In this document: positions 29,546-39,745 of the stretch, piece by piece
How positions within the stretch are numbered: the stretch's first letter is position 1
How the letters are laid out: each line of letters starts with the position of its first letter
Source of the DNA: an uncultured bacterium
GTDB lineage: Bacteria > Fermentibacterota > Fermentibacteria > Fermentibacterales > JCC-6
Length of the DNA: 64,000 nucleotides
Assembly (NCBI GenBank): GCA_965372215.1
Contig: CBDVBK010000001.1
Coordinates: forward strand, 39,874-103,873
Direction of reading: 5' to 3'
The notes under the pieces: generated by a model
What the model saw: the letters and a program-made list of their open reading frames with translations, nothing else
The model's database searches: none
What the model was told of the DNA's origin: nothing
Position numbers and translations under genes: made by a program

Positions 29546-30705
29546 TAATCTTCAGAATTCGCTATCGAACCGGGGGACTGTTTCTCACAATCATTATCGC
29601 CATATAAACGGTCAAATTCGCGCTGTTCCTCAAGATCAGCCCTGGAAGCAAGATCAACACCATCTTTTTTGTATCTTAAAACCAGATAAATAATTGTCCA
29701 GGAGGATGAACAGCAGGAGAAAAGATAGGACACAACAACCAGGAATATCGCTGTACCTGAAAGCCCCGCGATCACTCCGGATATACCTGTCCATGCCTGA
29801 ACTGCATCCTGCTGACCGAAGGTGGTCAGACCTGAGAAGAACGGAAGCACCTCGGGAGCTAATAACCTGGGACCTGAAGCAAGTGCCGCACCGAATCCTC
29901 CGCTTCCCGCGCCGATAGCCACGGAAAAAGAGAGTAAATCCACCGCGAGCGATGTGAACAGGAGAAAGGTAATCCCGCCAAGCAGCATAATGATCAGCGA
30001 AAGTAACCAGTATAGAAACACCCTCCATGATTGAGACGTCATAGTGGAGAACAGTTCGAAAACCGATTCGAAAGTATCACCGCCGGTAGTGGCTATAATC
30101 GAAGGGAGCAGTTGAAAGGAAAGAACAAGCGCCAGCGCGGTCAGAACCGCCAGCAGCATAACACCCCATAAAGGAACTAAAAGCAAAGCGGCCAGGATCG
30201 GACCCGCGACCGGAATCCGGGAAAGAACTCCCGCGGCAGCACCGGCCGCCAGTGCAAGAAGAATAACAAACACAAGCAGAACAGGAATTGCAATAAGCGG
30301 CGCACTTTTTCCTCCGGCAAACCTGGAAGCATCCGCTCCGGAGAAGAAATTGTCTCCACGAATCTGCTGGAATGTCATTCTGGAAACTTTTAATCCGCTC
30401 CGGATGAGAACGTATAAGATCAGAATAACAGCGATAATCAAAAATGCTACCGGTATCACATCTTTCCAGAAGAGTGCTCCGGGAAGGGGAAAGAGGCGGC
30501 TCTGTTCCCATCTGGCAGCAATGTCATATCCCGCGGCAAAAAATCCAAGATATATGAAAATGTCCCAGATCGCCCATGATAAAACAAGTGTCTTGAAATA
30601 TATCCATATCTTCCTTGCGCTGAACCCGTACTTCGCGCACAGGGGAATATCCTTTACATTGAAACGCAGCTCTTCGGTCATGTTTACTCCCTCCATGATC
30701 CTCAT
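29545..30705 (-). CDS. multi-pass membrane protein of unknown function
   Basis: About 6-7 hydrophobic segments; stop codon abuts the dnaE start; start may be 30696 or 30681. Confidence 0.7.
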   Translation of the reverse strand: MRIMEGVNMTEELRFNVKDIPLCAKYGFSARKIWIYFKTLVLSWAIWDIFIYLGFFAAGYDIAARWEQSRLFPLPGALFWKDVIPVAFLIIAVILILYVLIRSGLKVSRMTFQQIRGDNFFSGADASRFAGGKSAPLIAIPVLLVFVILLALAAGAAAGVLSRIPVAGPILAALLLVPLWGVMLLAVLTALALVLSFQLLPSIIATTGGDTFESVFELFSTMTSQSWRVFLYWLLSLIIMLLGGITFLLFTSLAVDLLSFSVAIGAGSGGFGAALASGPRLLAPEVLPFFSGLTTFGQQDAVQAWTGISGVIAGLSGTAIFLVVVSYLFSCCSSSWTIIYLVLRYKKDGVDLASRADLEEQREFDRLYGDNDCEKQSPGSIANSED

Positions 30706-30716
30706 ATCTCAATTCG

Positions 30717-31436
30717 TCAGACAATACTACCAGCCACCAGTTTTCGGTAGGTCAGAGTGAGACCGGTGACAGTCCCAGCGCCTGCTTCCAGCAATATTGA
30801 AGAAGCGCTGTCCATCGTGCTGCAAGTGGTCGCTACATCGTCTATCAACCATATATGAACACCAGCAGGTACTTTTCTGCGATTCCTCAATCTGAATACT
30901 CCCTGAACGTTCGATCTTCGCTCGATTACAGAAAGTCCAACCTGTGAACGGCTGTCGTCTCTCGACAACAGATTCATGTTTCCAGCACCCGTTCGTGAAG
31001 CCAGTGCTCCGGCAATCAGGAAGGACTGGTTATACCCTCGCTCACGTATTCTTTTCCTTCCCGCGGGGACCGGAACCAGAACATCATCAGCCTCCGGAAG
31101 TGCCATGGAGTTTTTCAGAATCATCTCAGCAGCCGTTCGTGCGAGATACTTCTCTCCGTTGAATTTCAACCTCAGCACTATCTCTCTGGGCAATCCTCTA
31201 TACAGGACAGCTGAATATATGGAAATACCGCTGGATAATTCCTCAGTCTTTCCCGGTGATGAAACCGGACTGAAGGAAGCACCGGTTCTGCTCCAGTGTA
31301 TTAATTCGCACGGGTGTATTCTCTGCCTGCACCATGAACAGAGATATTCGTTTTCACTTCTTCTCCCTCCACATCCAGGACATACGGAGGTCAGGAAGAG
31401 ACGGAGAAGGTTCCGCGGTAACGCTGATAGAGCCAT
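30717..31436 (-). CDS. comF: ComF family amidophosphoribosyltransferase-like protein
   Basis: CPGC...CSWC Zn ribbon, VPVP...RGYNQS, LIDDVATTCST PRT motif. Confidence 0.9.
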   Translation of the reverse strand: MALSALPRNLLRLFLTSVCPGCGGRRSENEYLCSWCRQRIHPCELIHWSRTGASFSPVSSPGKTEELSSGISIYSAVLYRGLPREIVLRLKFNGEKYLARTAAEMILKNSMALPEADDVLVPVPAGRKRIRERGYNQSFLIAGALASRTGAGNMNLLSRDDSRSQVGLSVIERRSNVQGVFRLRNRRKVPAGVHIWLIDDVATTCSTMDSASSILLEAGAGTVTGLTLTYRKLVAGSIV

Positions 31437-32200
31437 ATTCCCAGTATCAAAGCAGAAAGAAGCATTATAAGACTGATTATCTGATTGTCAGTAAAACTGT
31501 AACCCAGAAGCTGGCCGGGCGTGTGATCAAAATAGCGAAATTCTTCTATGCCGAATCTGGTGACACCGTACAAACCCAGAAACAGACAGAAAATAAAACC
31601 GGAAAAGTGTTTACGCCGATCAGCCCACAGGAGGATTCCCAGTATGAACAATCCGGATAATGAGCTGTAAAGCTGTGTCGGATGAATATGGGAACCGGGG
31701 ATAATTCCGGTATTGAAGTAGGGCATCGCGGATTCAGGAAATGAAACTCCCAGAGAACATGATGTTTCTGCGCCGAAACAGCATCCGTTGAGAAAACAGC
31801 CGATCCTGGTGATGAAAATACCCAGAGCAAATGAAGGAATGATAATATCCGCGAGTTTCCATCTGGGAAGTCGCTTTCTCCAGATGGTATAGAACCCTAC
31901 TGCTACGGCAAGAATCACACCACCCAGCATACTGAGACCGTACAGACCCTTCCAGATAGCAATTACATCCAGCCAGTGCCCCTGGAATTCGGACATATGT
32001 GTTACTACATAGAAAATCCTGGATCCAACTATAGCAGCAATCATCAGACGCACAGCAAGGTCGTAAATATCTCCTCTGGATATTCCAGCAGCTTCACCTC
32101 TTCTGGCAGCAAGCCAGAGCCCAAGCATAAAGGAAACAGCAAGCATCAATCCATAGGAGTTGATAGGCAGCGAACCGATATTAAGCAGAACCGGGTGCAT
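31391..32200 (-). CDS. lgt: prolipoprotein diacylglyceryl transferase
   Basis: MHPVL...SYGLM, GSRIFYV, RIGCFLNGCCFG, HPTQLY, RFGIEEFR. Confidence 0.95.
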   Translation of the reverse strand: MHPVLLNIGSLPINSYGLMLAVSFMLGLWLAARRGEAAGISRGDIYDLAVRLMIAAIVGSRIFYVVTHMSEFQGHWLDVIAIWKGLYGLSMLGGVILAVAVGFYTIWRKRLPRWKLADIIIPSFALGIFITRIGCFLNGCCFGAETSCSLGVSFPESAMPYFNTGIIPGSHIHPTQLYSSLSGLFILGILLWADRRKHFSGFIFCLFLGLYGVTRFGIEEFRYFDHTPGQLLGYSFTDNQIISLIMLLSALILGIWLYQRYRGTFSVSS

Positions 32201-32289
32201 TATCAGAACCTCCCAATGAATTCCGTATTTTCAGGAACCATAATCTAAGGTACGAGTTGATTCCTGTCACTTCTCTTCTCTGGATGAGG

Positions 32290-33513
32290 TTATACTTCTC
32301 TCCAGTACATGCCTGCATTCACAGCAAGTCCCAGCAGGAACAGAACTACTATCATCTGACTCCCTCCGTAGCTTATCAGAGGAAGCGGGAGCCCGGTTAC
32401 AGGCATGATTCCAAGTGTCATTCCAACATTAACGAAAACATGAAAGGTGAAATATGCTGCTATTCCTGCAGTTACAAGCGAGTTGAAAGCATTGACCGAT
32501 TTTCTTGCTGCAAGGGTTATCCTCCATATAAGGAGAAAGAACGTTGCCAGAAGAATAAATCCACCAAGGAAACCTGTCTCCTCCGCCCAGACCGAGAAAA
32601 CGAAATCGGTATGTCTGGCCGGCAGGTAAGCCAGCTCTTTCTGCGCGCCCTGAAGAAAACCCTGGCCAAATAGCCCCCCGGATCCTACCGCGACTTCTGA
32701 CTGAATGATATTCCATCCGGCTCCGTGCGGATCGCTTGAAGGATCGAGGAAAGTGATCAGTCTTGATCGCTGATATGTCTCAAGGAGATTCCATGCCATG
32801 GGTGTCAGGGCTGCAACAATGGAATTCCCTCCGATGAAAATCAGCCAGCTTGAGAATGGATATCTCCGTCTGTAAAGAATCAATCCAAGAATGCTTATGA
32901 ACACGATCCAGAGAATGATGTGCATCGAGGAAACAGCGGCCAGAACCGGACTGACGATCAGATATATCCATCCAGGACCGTATCCGGCCCAGACAAATAT
33001 AGCCAGTATGATCATGATCATTGCGACTGAAGTACCAAGATCAGGCTGTATGAGTGTCAGAATGATGGCTGGAAGAATGGTCAGAAATACCAGGAGCTCA
33101 CCAAATTTCCTCGGTCGTACTCTGAGTGATGAGAGCCACCATGAAGTCATCAGAATCAATCCTGCTTTTGCTATCTCGGATGGCTGGATATGCATGGGTC
33201 CTATAATGATCCATCGGTCTGCCGGTCCGCTTCCGAGAAAAATGGTAACCAGGAGAAGGAGACAGGTCAGCAGATAAATTACCGGAGATATCTCTTCAAG
33301 TCTTCGGAAGGAAATCCATGTGCCGACAAGGAAACAGACTATTCCTGCAAGCACCCAGAGTACCTGTTTTCTGAACAATCCGCTTTCAGAAACCACCATG
33401 GATGCGGAATATACCGTACTGAGGCCAATTGCCAGCAGTATAACGATTGAAACAATCAGAAGCAGATCGGGGCGGTCTCTTCCTATCAGTTTAAATCTCC
33501 CCTCTTTCAGCAA
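32290..33513 (-). CDS. rodA: rod shape-determining protein RodA (SEDS)
   Basis: IQPSEIAK, QPDLGT, YQRSRL, GSGGLFGQG, HTDFVF, GLPLPLISYGGS. Confidence 0.95.
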   Translation of the reverse strand: MLKEGRFKLIGRDRPDLLLIVSIVILLAIGLSTVYSASMVVSESGLFRKQVLWVLAGIVCFLVGTWISFRRLEEISPVIYLLTCLLLLVTIFLGSGPADRWIIIGPMHIQPSEIAKAGLILMTSWWLSSLRVRPRKFGELLVFLTILPAIILTLIQPDLGTSVAMIMIILAIFVWAGYGPGWIYLIVSPVLAAVSSMHIILWIVFISILGLILYRRRYPFSSWLIFIGGNSIVAALTPMAWNLLETYQRSRLITFLDPSSDPHGAGWNIIQSEVAVGSGGLFGQGFLQGAQKELAYLPARHTDFVFSVWAEETGFLGGFILLATFFLLIWRITLAARKSVNAFNSLVTAGIAAYFTFHVFVNVGMTLGIMPVTGLPLPLISYGGSQMIVVLFLLGLAVNAGMYWREV

Positions 33514-35206
33514 GGTAGCTTGAAAGGATAGTTTCTGCTACAGGTCCGGCAACAGAACCACCATGTCCTCCATGTTCAATAACAACACATATCGCAAGAG
33601 GCATTGGATCCCGCACAAAACCTATAACCAGAGCATGATCTTCTCCAGGGCATTCAGCTGTACCGGTCTTCCCCCAGAAATCCAGAGAAGAATCAGAAAA
33701 GGCATTATAAAGAGTTCCTCTTCTGGATGTAACCACCCTGTACATACCCTCTGTCACAATATCAAATGCGGAGTCCGTGACGACGCCTGCGGAAAGAACC
33801 GGATCAAGGGTTTCTCTTTGAAGAAGAATACCGGGAAATGGCATTTCACCTCTTGAGGCGATAATCCCGGCAACTACTGCAAGCTGAAGAGGTGTTGTAA
33901 GAAGCTCTCCCTGACCAATTGAGATATTCAGCAGGTTACCGAGCCCCCATCCATCACTGCCATAGGCGCGAGTGAGATAGTCGGAATCAGGAATCAGACC
34001 GGTTTTTTCTCCTGTAAGAAAATCCGTTAGTCTGGATCCCATACCGAAACAGGCTGTATACTCGGCAAGTTCGTCAATTGAACCCAGCTGCACCGTCCTG
34101 TAGAAAAAAACGTCACATGACTGTTCAAGTGCCTGAACCACATTTAATCTGCCATGAGATGTCCAGCATCCGAATTCGGTATCTCCAAGTGTCAGTGAAC
34201 CGTAGCACGGGTTAGGCATGTAGTCTCGGGAAATCAGACCCTCCGAAAGCAGCCAGGAGGCCGTGATAACCTTATAAGTGGAAGCGGGGGGATAAGCGGC
34301 TGCCCACGCTCTTTCGAAAAGAGGATTGTCCTGGTTGTCGAGAATAGCATTCCACTCATCCTGAGTAATACCCCGTGAAAACATATTCGGATCAAATGTT
34401 GGAACCGAAGCGGCGCAGAGAATATCCCCGTTTTCATAGTTAATGACCACTGCTGCTCCCGGCATCCCGGCCTCTTTCAGTTCTGTTATCGCAATACTCT
34501 GCAAATCCGCATCTACCGCAAGCGCTACATTCCCGCCGGGTACAGGATCTTCTGAAGTAGCACCCCGGAACTCTTCTACAATCCTGCCGAGCGCATCAAC
34601 AACTTCTCGCTGAAGACCAGGAATTCCACGCAGTGTTTCATTGAGTCTGAACTCAAGGCCCGTCCTGCCGGTAATCTCCCCTCTGAATGAATCCTGGGTA
34701 TCAGCCAATCCAACATACCCCAGTATGTGACAGAAATCCTCCGGTCTATGGTAACGCCTCATAGGAGCAACATCGATTATCAAACCTGGTATTCTGTACA
34801 GATTCTCCGCGATTGAACTGACTTTCTCCACATCCAGTCCCTCCCTGATGACGACTGGTCTGTGAGGTACAGCTGAAGCTTCATCAAGGATTTCATTCAG
34901 TTCACCCTGGATCATTCCAAGCTGTTGCTCGACAAACGCAACATCCGTTCTGTTGAATTCTGAAGGTACTGCGGAAACGATAAATGCAGGTTTACTGTCA
35001 GCAAGGATAATACCATTCCTGTCACTGATAACTCCACGTGGAGCCGGTGTGACGATAACCCTTATATGGTTCTGGCTTGACAGCCCTCTGTAATACTCAC
35101 CCTTTATAACCTGAAGATGAATCAGCTTTAGTCCAAGCAGAATAAAGAGAATTGATACTACGGACAGAAAGAAAAAGAACGGCCAGTTTTTACTGTTTCC
35201 ATACAT
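33491..35206 (-). CDS. mrdA: penicillin-binding protein 2
   Basis: APRGVISDRNG, YPPASTYK (SxxK), SCDVFFY (SxD), GKTGTAE; in the mre operon. Confidence 0.93.
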   Translation of the reverse strand: MYGNSKNWPFFFFLSVVSILFILLGLKLIHLQVIKGEYYRGLSSQNHIRVIVTPAPRGVISDRNGIILADSKPAFIVSAVPSEFNRTDVAFVEQQLGMIQGELNEILDEASAVPHRPVVIREGLDVEKVSSIAENLYRIPGLIIDVAPMRRYHRPEDFCHILGYVGLADTQDSFRGEITGRTGLEFRLNETLRGIPGLQREVVDALGRIVEEFRGATSEDPVPGGNVALAVDADLQSIAITELKEAGMPGAAVVINYENGDILCAASVPTFDPNMFSRGITQDEWNAILDNQDNPLFERAWAAAYPPASTYKVITASWLLSEGLISRDYMPNPCYGSLTLGDTEFGCWTSHGRLNVVQALEQSCDVFFYRTVQLGSIDELAEYTACFGMGSRLTDFLTGEKTGLIPDSDYLTRAYGSDGWGLGNLLNISIGQGELLTTPLQLAVVAGIIASRGEMPFPGILLQRETLDPVLSAGVVTDSAFDIVTEGMYRVVTSRRGTLYNAFSDSSLDFWGKTGTAECPGEDHALVIGFVRDPMPLAICVVIEHGGHGGSVAGPVAETILSSYLAERGEI

Positions 35207-35210
35207 TCAG

Positions 35211-35696
35211 TTATCCTGACACTCTATGCGCTCTGATATGTGTATACCAGGTCCCTGCTGAGATAATCAAAGCTCCAAAAGCTGTTGTAATCAGGGCTCT
35301 GGGTAGAGATAAAAGAAGCAGTGAACTGAAACCTGAACCGAAGGGCCGTGAAGCAACGATGATGAAAACAGAATCAGACACCACCACAGCCACAACTGCC
35401 ATAAGCAGAAAGGATCCCCTTCCTTCACCTGCGGATACTTCACCAAGAATTCCAGCAACATACAATCCTGCCAGCAGAGCGAGAGAAGAAGAACCGGGAG
35501 GTTGATGCAACAGAAGATCCATACAGAGGCCTGACCAGAAGGCTCCGTCTACAGCCCATCTACTCCCATGATTCTCAGAAAGGTAGACAAGAACCAGTGG
35601 TAGAAGAGATGGAGCCAGAAAAGCCCTTCCGACTGTCAGTTCCAGAAGAAACTGAATAATTACAGTAATTGAGAGCAGAAGCAGCCTGACCTGCAT
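35211..35696 (-). CDS. mreD: rod shape-determining protein MreD (divergent)
   Basis: Hydrophobic 161 aa between mreC and mrdA; FWSGLCMDLL. Confidence 0.7.
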   Translation of the reverse strand: MQVRLLLLSITVIIQFLLELTVGRAFLAPSLLPLVLVYLSENHGSRWAVDGAFWSGLCMDLLLHQPPGSSSLALLAGLYVAGILGEVSAGEGRGSFLLMAVVAVVVSDSVFIIVASRPFGSGFSSLLLLSLPRALITTAFGALIISAGTWYTHIRAHRVSG

Positions 35697-35735
35697 ATTC
35701 TACCTTTCATCCTTTACACACAGCATGCTTATTAG

Positions 35736-36530
35736 TTAATTCTGTGTATTACCGGAAAAAGTTTCATCGGGCATAAGTATTAGAATCTCACTGGTATTTC
35801 TGAAGTCAACTGCTGACTCAACATCAAGCCTGAGCGCGAGTCCTGATTCCCCGGAAGAAACCCCTGTAACTATGCCGACGAGAAGTCCATCAGGATAAAC
35901 TCCTCCAAATCTTGATGTAAGCACTCTGTCTCCGATTTCTACATCACTGTTAAGATCAACATGCACAAGCTGGAAATCCCCGGTTGAAGATGACTGCAGA
36001 ATTCCATAAGCTCCGGAAGGCCATGTTACGCAACTGACATTAACTGAGGGGTTAGAGACAGGCAGAATCTCGCTGGTTGCCTCCTGCACGGAACTTACTA
36101 TTCCGACCAGACCTCCGGATGAGATGCATACGGAGTTCAACACCACACCATCACGAATACCGCGATCAACAACCATGGTTCCGGTAACAAGACCCTCTGA
36201 CCTGTAAAGCACCCTCGCGGGAAGAGCCTGTCTGTTACCAGTCCGGGTAAGGCCAAGTAGAACGCGGTATTGCTCAACCTTGATCGCTTCTTCCCTGAGA
36301 ATAGCGTTTTCAAGCAACAAATGAATGATATCGTTCCTGAGTTCGTCTATAACTGGAGAATCAGAACGGTTAAAGAACACGGTTGAAAATCTGGCGCCCA
36401 TCCAGCTTCCCAGTCCACCGATAAGAACAGGACCAATCAACAGAAGTGTCATTGAAAGTATGATGTACAGAACTAATCTTCTGCCCTTATTGCTCATTGA
36501 GCTTCTTCGGATTTTTTTGGCAAGGCTCAT
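35736..36530 (-). CDS. mreC: rod shape-determining protein MreC
   Basis: TM helix, coiled coil, VDRGIRDGV...GLVG, GDRVLTSRFGGVYPDGLLVG. Confidence 0.92.
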   Translation of the reverse strand: MSLAKKIRRSSMSNKGRRLVLYIILSMTLLLIGPVLIGGLGSWMGARFSTVFFNRSDSPVIDELRNDIIHLLLENAILREEAIKVEQYRVLLGLTRTGNRQALPARVLYRSEGLVTGTMVVDRGIRDGVVLNSVCISSGGLVGIVSSVQEATSEILPVSNPSVNVSCVTWPSGAYGILQSSSTGDFQLVHVDLNSDVEIGDRVLTSRFGGVYPDGLLVGIVTGVSSGESGLALRLDVESAVDFRNTSEILILMPDETFSGNTQN

Positions 36531-36539
36531 ATTGAAATG

Positions 36540-37589
36540 CTACTGAAGAAGGAGGTTTCGATACCGATAGATATCTTCCAGGATCAATCCCGCTCCAAGA
36601 ACGGTACAGGACAGGGGATTATCAGCAACCCGTATCGGCAGACCAGTTTCACTCATAAGAAGTCTGTCCAGTCCTCGAAGCAGCGCACCGCCACCAGTCA
36701 TGACAATACCACGATCAACGATATCACTGGCAAGTTCGGGTGGAGTTTTCTCAAGACCATGTCGAACAGCTTCAACTATAGTACCAACGACTTCCTTCAG
36801 CGCGTTTCTGATATCCTCGGAACTTATGGAATAGGTCTCCGGAATGCCGTTAACAAAATCAAGACCGCTTACATCATATTCGCGTTTATCACTTTTTAAA
36901 ACAGTACCCATGTTGAGTTTTACTATCTCAGCGGTTCTCTCTCCTATCAACAGACTGTAGCGTTTCTTGAGATACCCTGCAATAGCCTCATCAATTTCAT
37001 CTCCACCAATCCTGATGGAATTACTCGCTGCGATAGTAGAAAGGCTGATTACTGCTACTTCAGTTGTTCCCCCACCTATGTCCACGACCATGTTACCCGG
37101 AGCTCCTTCAACGGCTATTCCAACACCTATGGCAGACGCTAAAGGTTCCGAAACAAGAAGCACTTCCCTTGCCCCGGCTCTCTCAAGTGCAGTTCTCACA
37201 GCGGAGATCTCTACTTCGGTTATCCCGCTTGGAACACAGACCAGTACTCTAGGACGCATTGAAAATCTTCTCGTCTGTGCCATACTGAAGAACTCTCTGA
37301 GCATAGCCATTGTAGCTGTAGCGTTTGTTATCACTCCATCCTTAAGCGGTCTGACAGCATCAAGTGTAGATCCGGTTCGACCAAGCATTGCTTTCGCGTC
37401 ATCACCTACAGCGATTACATCGCCTGTTTCCCTGTCAACTGCTACAACACTGGGCTGATTAAGAACTATGCCTTTCCCCTGAAGGTAGATAAGAGTATTG
37501 GCTGTTCCGAGGTCAATTGCCATGGCAGTTGAAAGCAATGTTCCCGGTTTTCTTCCGAAAAAACCGCTTAAGAATCCAGAAGCACTCAT
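36540..37589 (-). CDS. mreB: rod shape-determining protein MreB
   Basis: AIDLGTANT, VRPLKDGVI, VVDIGGGTTEVAVISL, TGGGALL. Confidence 0.98.
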   Translation of the reverse strand: MSASGFLSGFFGRKPGTLLSTAMAIDLGTANTLIYLQGKGIVLNQPSVVAVDRETGDVIAVGDDAKAMLGRTGSTLDAVRPLKDGVITNATATMAMLREFFSMAQTRRFSMRPRVLVCVPSGITEVEISAVRTALERAGAREVLLVSEPLASAIGVGIAVEGAPGNMVVDIGGGTTEVAVISLSTIAASNSIRIGGDEIDEAIAGYLKKRYSLLIGERTAEIVKLNMGTVLKSDKREYDVSGLDFVNGIPETYSISSEDIRNALKEVVGTIVEAVRHGLEKTPPELASDIVDRGIVMTGGGALLRGLDRLLMSETGLPIRVADNPLSCTVLGAGLILEDIYRYRNLLLQ

Positions 37590-37743
37590 TTCACCCCCTT
37601 TAACTAACCGGTATCATTTATCCGTAACAAGTTGAATAGTAAACATTCAGCCTTGCGTCAACTCCACGTTAATTCGGATAATAGTAGTATTTTGAGATTA
37701 AATCAACATATGCCCGATTCTTCAGTTAACAGTACCTTTAACG

Positions 37744-38538
37744 TTACCTTTGCGGAATGTTCCAGGCGGGCTGCCATAATGCACTAGAGTCAAGCGTATC
37801 AACAGGAATAGGAACGATCATCTCCCATATACCCTCCCAGGGTACCGCAGACGAGTTAATATCCGTTAACTCAATGCTTACGGAATTAGAGTTAATAGAT
37901 AGAATCCATTGAAAGGGCCACGCCTTGTACTCGTCATGAGGAGAAGAGGCGGTTATCTCGAATTTTCCTGAATCCCATAGACAGATTGAAGGAAACAGAT
38001 CTCCACTTTGCATTGACAGATGCATAGATCCCGTTGAATCAGGAACAGTGAAAGACCATACGATGGTGCCATTCCCAACATTGGCACCATCAGCAATCAT
38101 CCATGATTCGAGAAGTAAGGGGAAGCCTGTTCTGATCAGATATATCAGATCCTTTGTTGAAATAGTCCCTGAGCCGGTTTGAAGTCCGCCCGGCATGAAT
38201 ACTGCATAATCATCCTTTGGTATATAGATCAGAATCCCTGTTGAATCACCATTCATCGAAAGGACAGGTTTGCCGTCAGGTCCATAGAAATCACCCCTGA
38301 GCAGATTGTCCGGACCGCTTCCCCAGAGTACAAAAGGACCCCTGGCTACAAGATTGCTTCCCTGAAGTCTTACATTTCCGCGAAGCTGAAAGCAGTCAAG
38401 GTTCCCCCACCCAAACGAAATTCTACTTGCATAGATTTCGCTTTGACTTTGAAGACTATCTCTTGTAGCTGTTTGAATCCCGCATGACAGGGAGATAAGG
38501 ATAGTAAGAGACAAAGAAGCTGCTGCAGCTATCCGCAT
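37744..38538 (-). CDS. putative lipoprotein (LolA/LolB-like beta fold possible)
   Basis: Signal peptide with lipobox ISLS-C; beta-rich mature part. Confidence 0.55.
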   Translation of the reverse strand: MRIAAAASLSLTILISLSCGIQTATRDSLQSQSEIYASRISFGWGNLDCFQLRGNVRLQGSNLVARGPFVLWGSGPDNLLRGDFYGPDGKPVLSMNGDSTGILIYIPKDDYAVFMPGGLQTGSGTISTKDLIYLIRTGFPLLLESWMIADGANVGNGTIVWSFTVPDSTGSMHLSMQSGDLFPSICLWDSGKFEITASSPHDEYKAWPFQWILSINSNSVSIELTDINSSAVPWEGIWEMIVPIPVDTLDSSALWQPAWNIPQR

Positions 38539-38542
38539 TATT

Positions 38543-38746
38543 TTATGCTGAACCGTACTTCGCCTGAAGAGCTGTTATTCTTTTTTCGAATTCGTATTCT
38601 TTTCTGTACTTCGCCTTTCGGGTAAGTAGTGACTTGTTATCCGGGATTTTTTCCAGCAGCTTATCCAGCATCAGTAAAGCCTTCTTCCTGTTCCCGCTTT
38701 TCACTTCGCCGTCTATCTGTTCCAGCAGTTCACTCAATTTAGCCAC
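38543..38746 (-). CDS. small helical (TPR-like) hypothetical protein
   Basis: 67 aa; KKALLMLDKLLEKIPDN helix-turn pattern; GGAGG SD; overlaps the PHP gene end. Confidence 0.6.
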   Translation of the reverse strand: MAKLSELLEQIDGEVKSGNRKKALLMLDKLLEKIPDNKSLLTRKAKYRKEYEFEKRITALQAKYGSA

Positions 38747-39638
38747 GTGCTACCTCCTGTTTTTCGTTGATGCACAGAGCCAGGAAATCTTCAACCATTT
38801 CAGTTGTTATATGAAATCCATCCTGTTTCCCACCAAGTGGAACAGCATCCTGCTTACGGCCATGATAGTCAGTTCCACCTGTAAGAACAAGTTCATATCT
38901 ACTTGCGAACTCCTTAAGTAAACCTGTAAACTGTGTGGAATGGCTGGGATAATAAGCTTCAATACCTGCCAGTCCGTAGTTCTTCATTCGGCCAAAAAAT
39001 AGTTTCAGCTCATTCGGTTCCATTTGAATATATCCAGGATGAGCCATTACGGGCAATCCTTCAGCATCGGCTATCAGACGTACTGCTTCATCAACCGGAA
39101 GCCTGTCTCTTTCAACATATGCGGGCTTCCCCTTGGCCAGGAATCTGTCGAAGGCCTCTCTGAAATTTCTCACATATCCACCTGCAATAAGAGCTTCGGC
39201 AATATGTGGTCGGCCTATAACATCTCCACCTGCAATGAGTTTCAATGAATTAATATCAACATGCATACCTAATTGACCAAGTTTTTCAAGTATACATGGA
39301 TTCCTTCTTTCTCTTCCTTCCTGAACAAAGGTTACGGCTTTACCAAGAGGAGTTGAACTGGATATCAATCTTTCAGGGTCAGATCCGGGAAAATAGCCAA
39401 GCAGATGAGCTGATAAACCTTTCTCCTCCAGATCAACGCTCAGTTCCACACCTGGAATCATGATTATTCCCATTGAGTCAGCAGCTTCCATTCCCTGTGG
39501 AATACCAGCAAATGTATCATGATCGGTTATCGAAATTATGGATATTTTTCTCTCCGCAGCCAGCTCGATCAGCTCGAATGGTGATCGGGTACCATCAGAA
39601 GCTGTACTGTGTAAATGAAGATCAACATATGTCTGCAT
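38739..39638 (-). CDS. PHP-domain phosphoesterase (YciV/TrpH-like)
   Basis: DLHLHSTASDG, ITDHD, GVELS, GRPHIA, AHPG, TGGTDYHG. Confidence 0.92.
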   Translation of the reverse strand: MQTYVDLHLHSTASDGTRSPFELIELAAERKISIISITDHDTFAGIPQGMEAADSMGIIMIPGVELSVDLEEKGLSAHLLGYFPGSDPERLISSSTPLGKAVTFVQEGRERRNPCILEKLGQLGMHVDINSLKLIAGGDVIGRPHIAEALIAGGYVRNFREAFDRFLAKGKPAYVERDRLPVDEAVRLIADAEGLPVMAHPGYIQMEPNELKLFFGRMKNYGLAGIEAYYPSHSTQFTGLLKEFASRYELVLTGGTDYHGRKQDAVPLGGKQDGFHITTEMVEDFLALCINEKQEVARG

Positions 39639-39745
39639 GTGCGATTTCCTCCAGAATCGAGAATATTATCCACTATGAAACTCTTTGCAACTTCAAAACC
39701 CCGGATTTGCTTTGCTGACAAGCCGGAGAATGGAGAAAATACATA

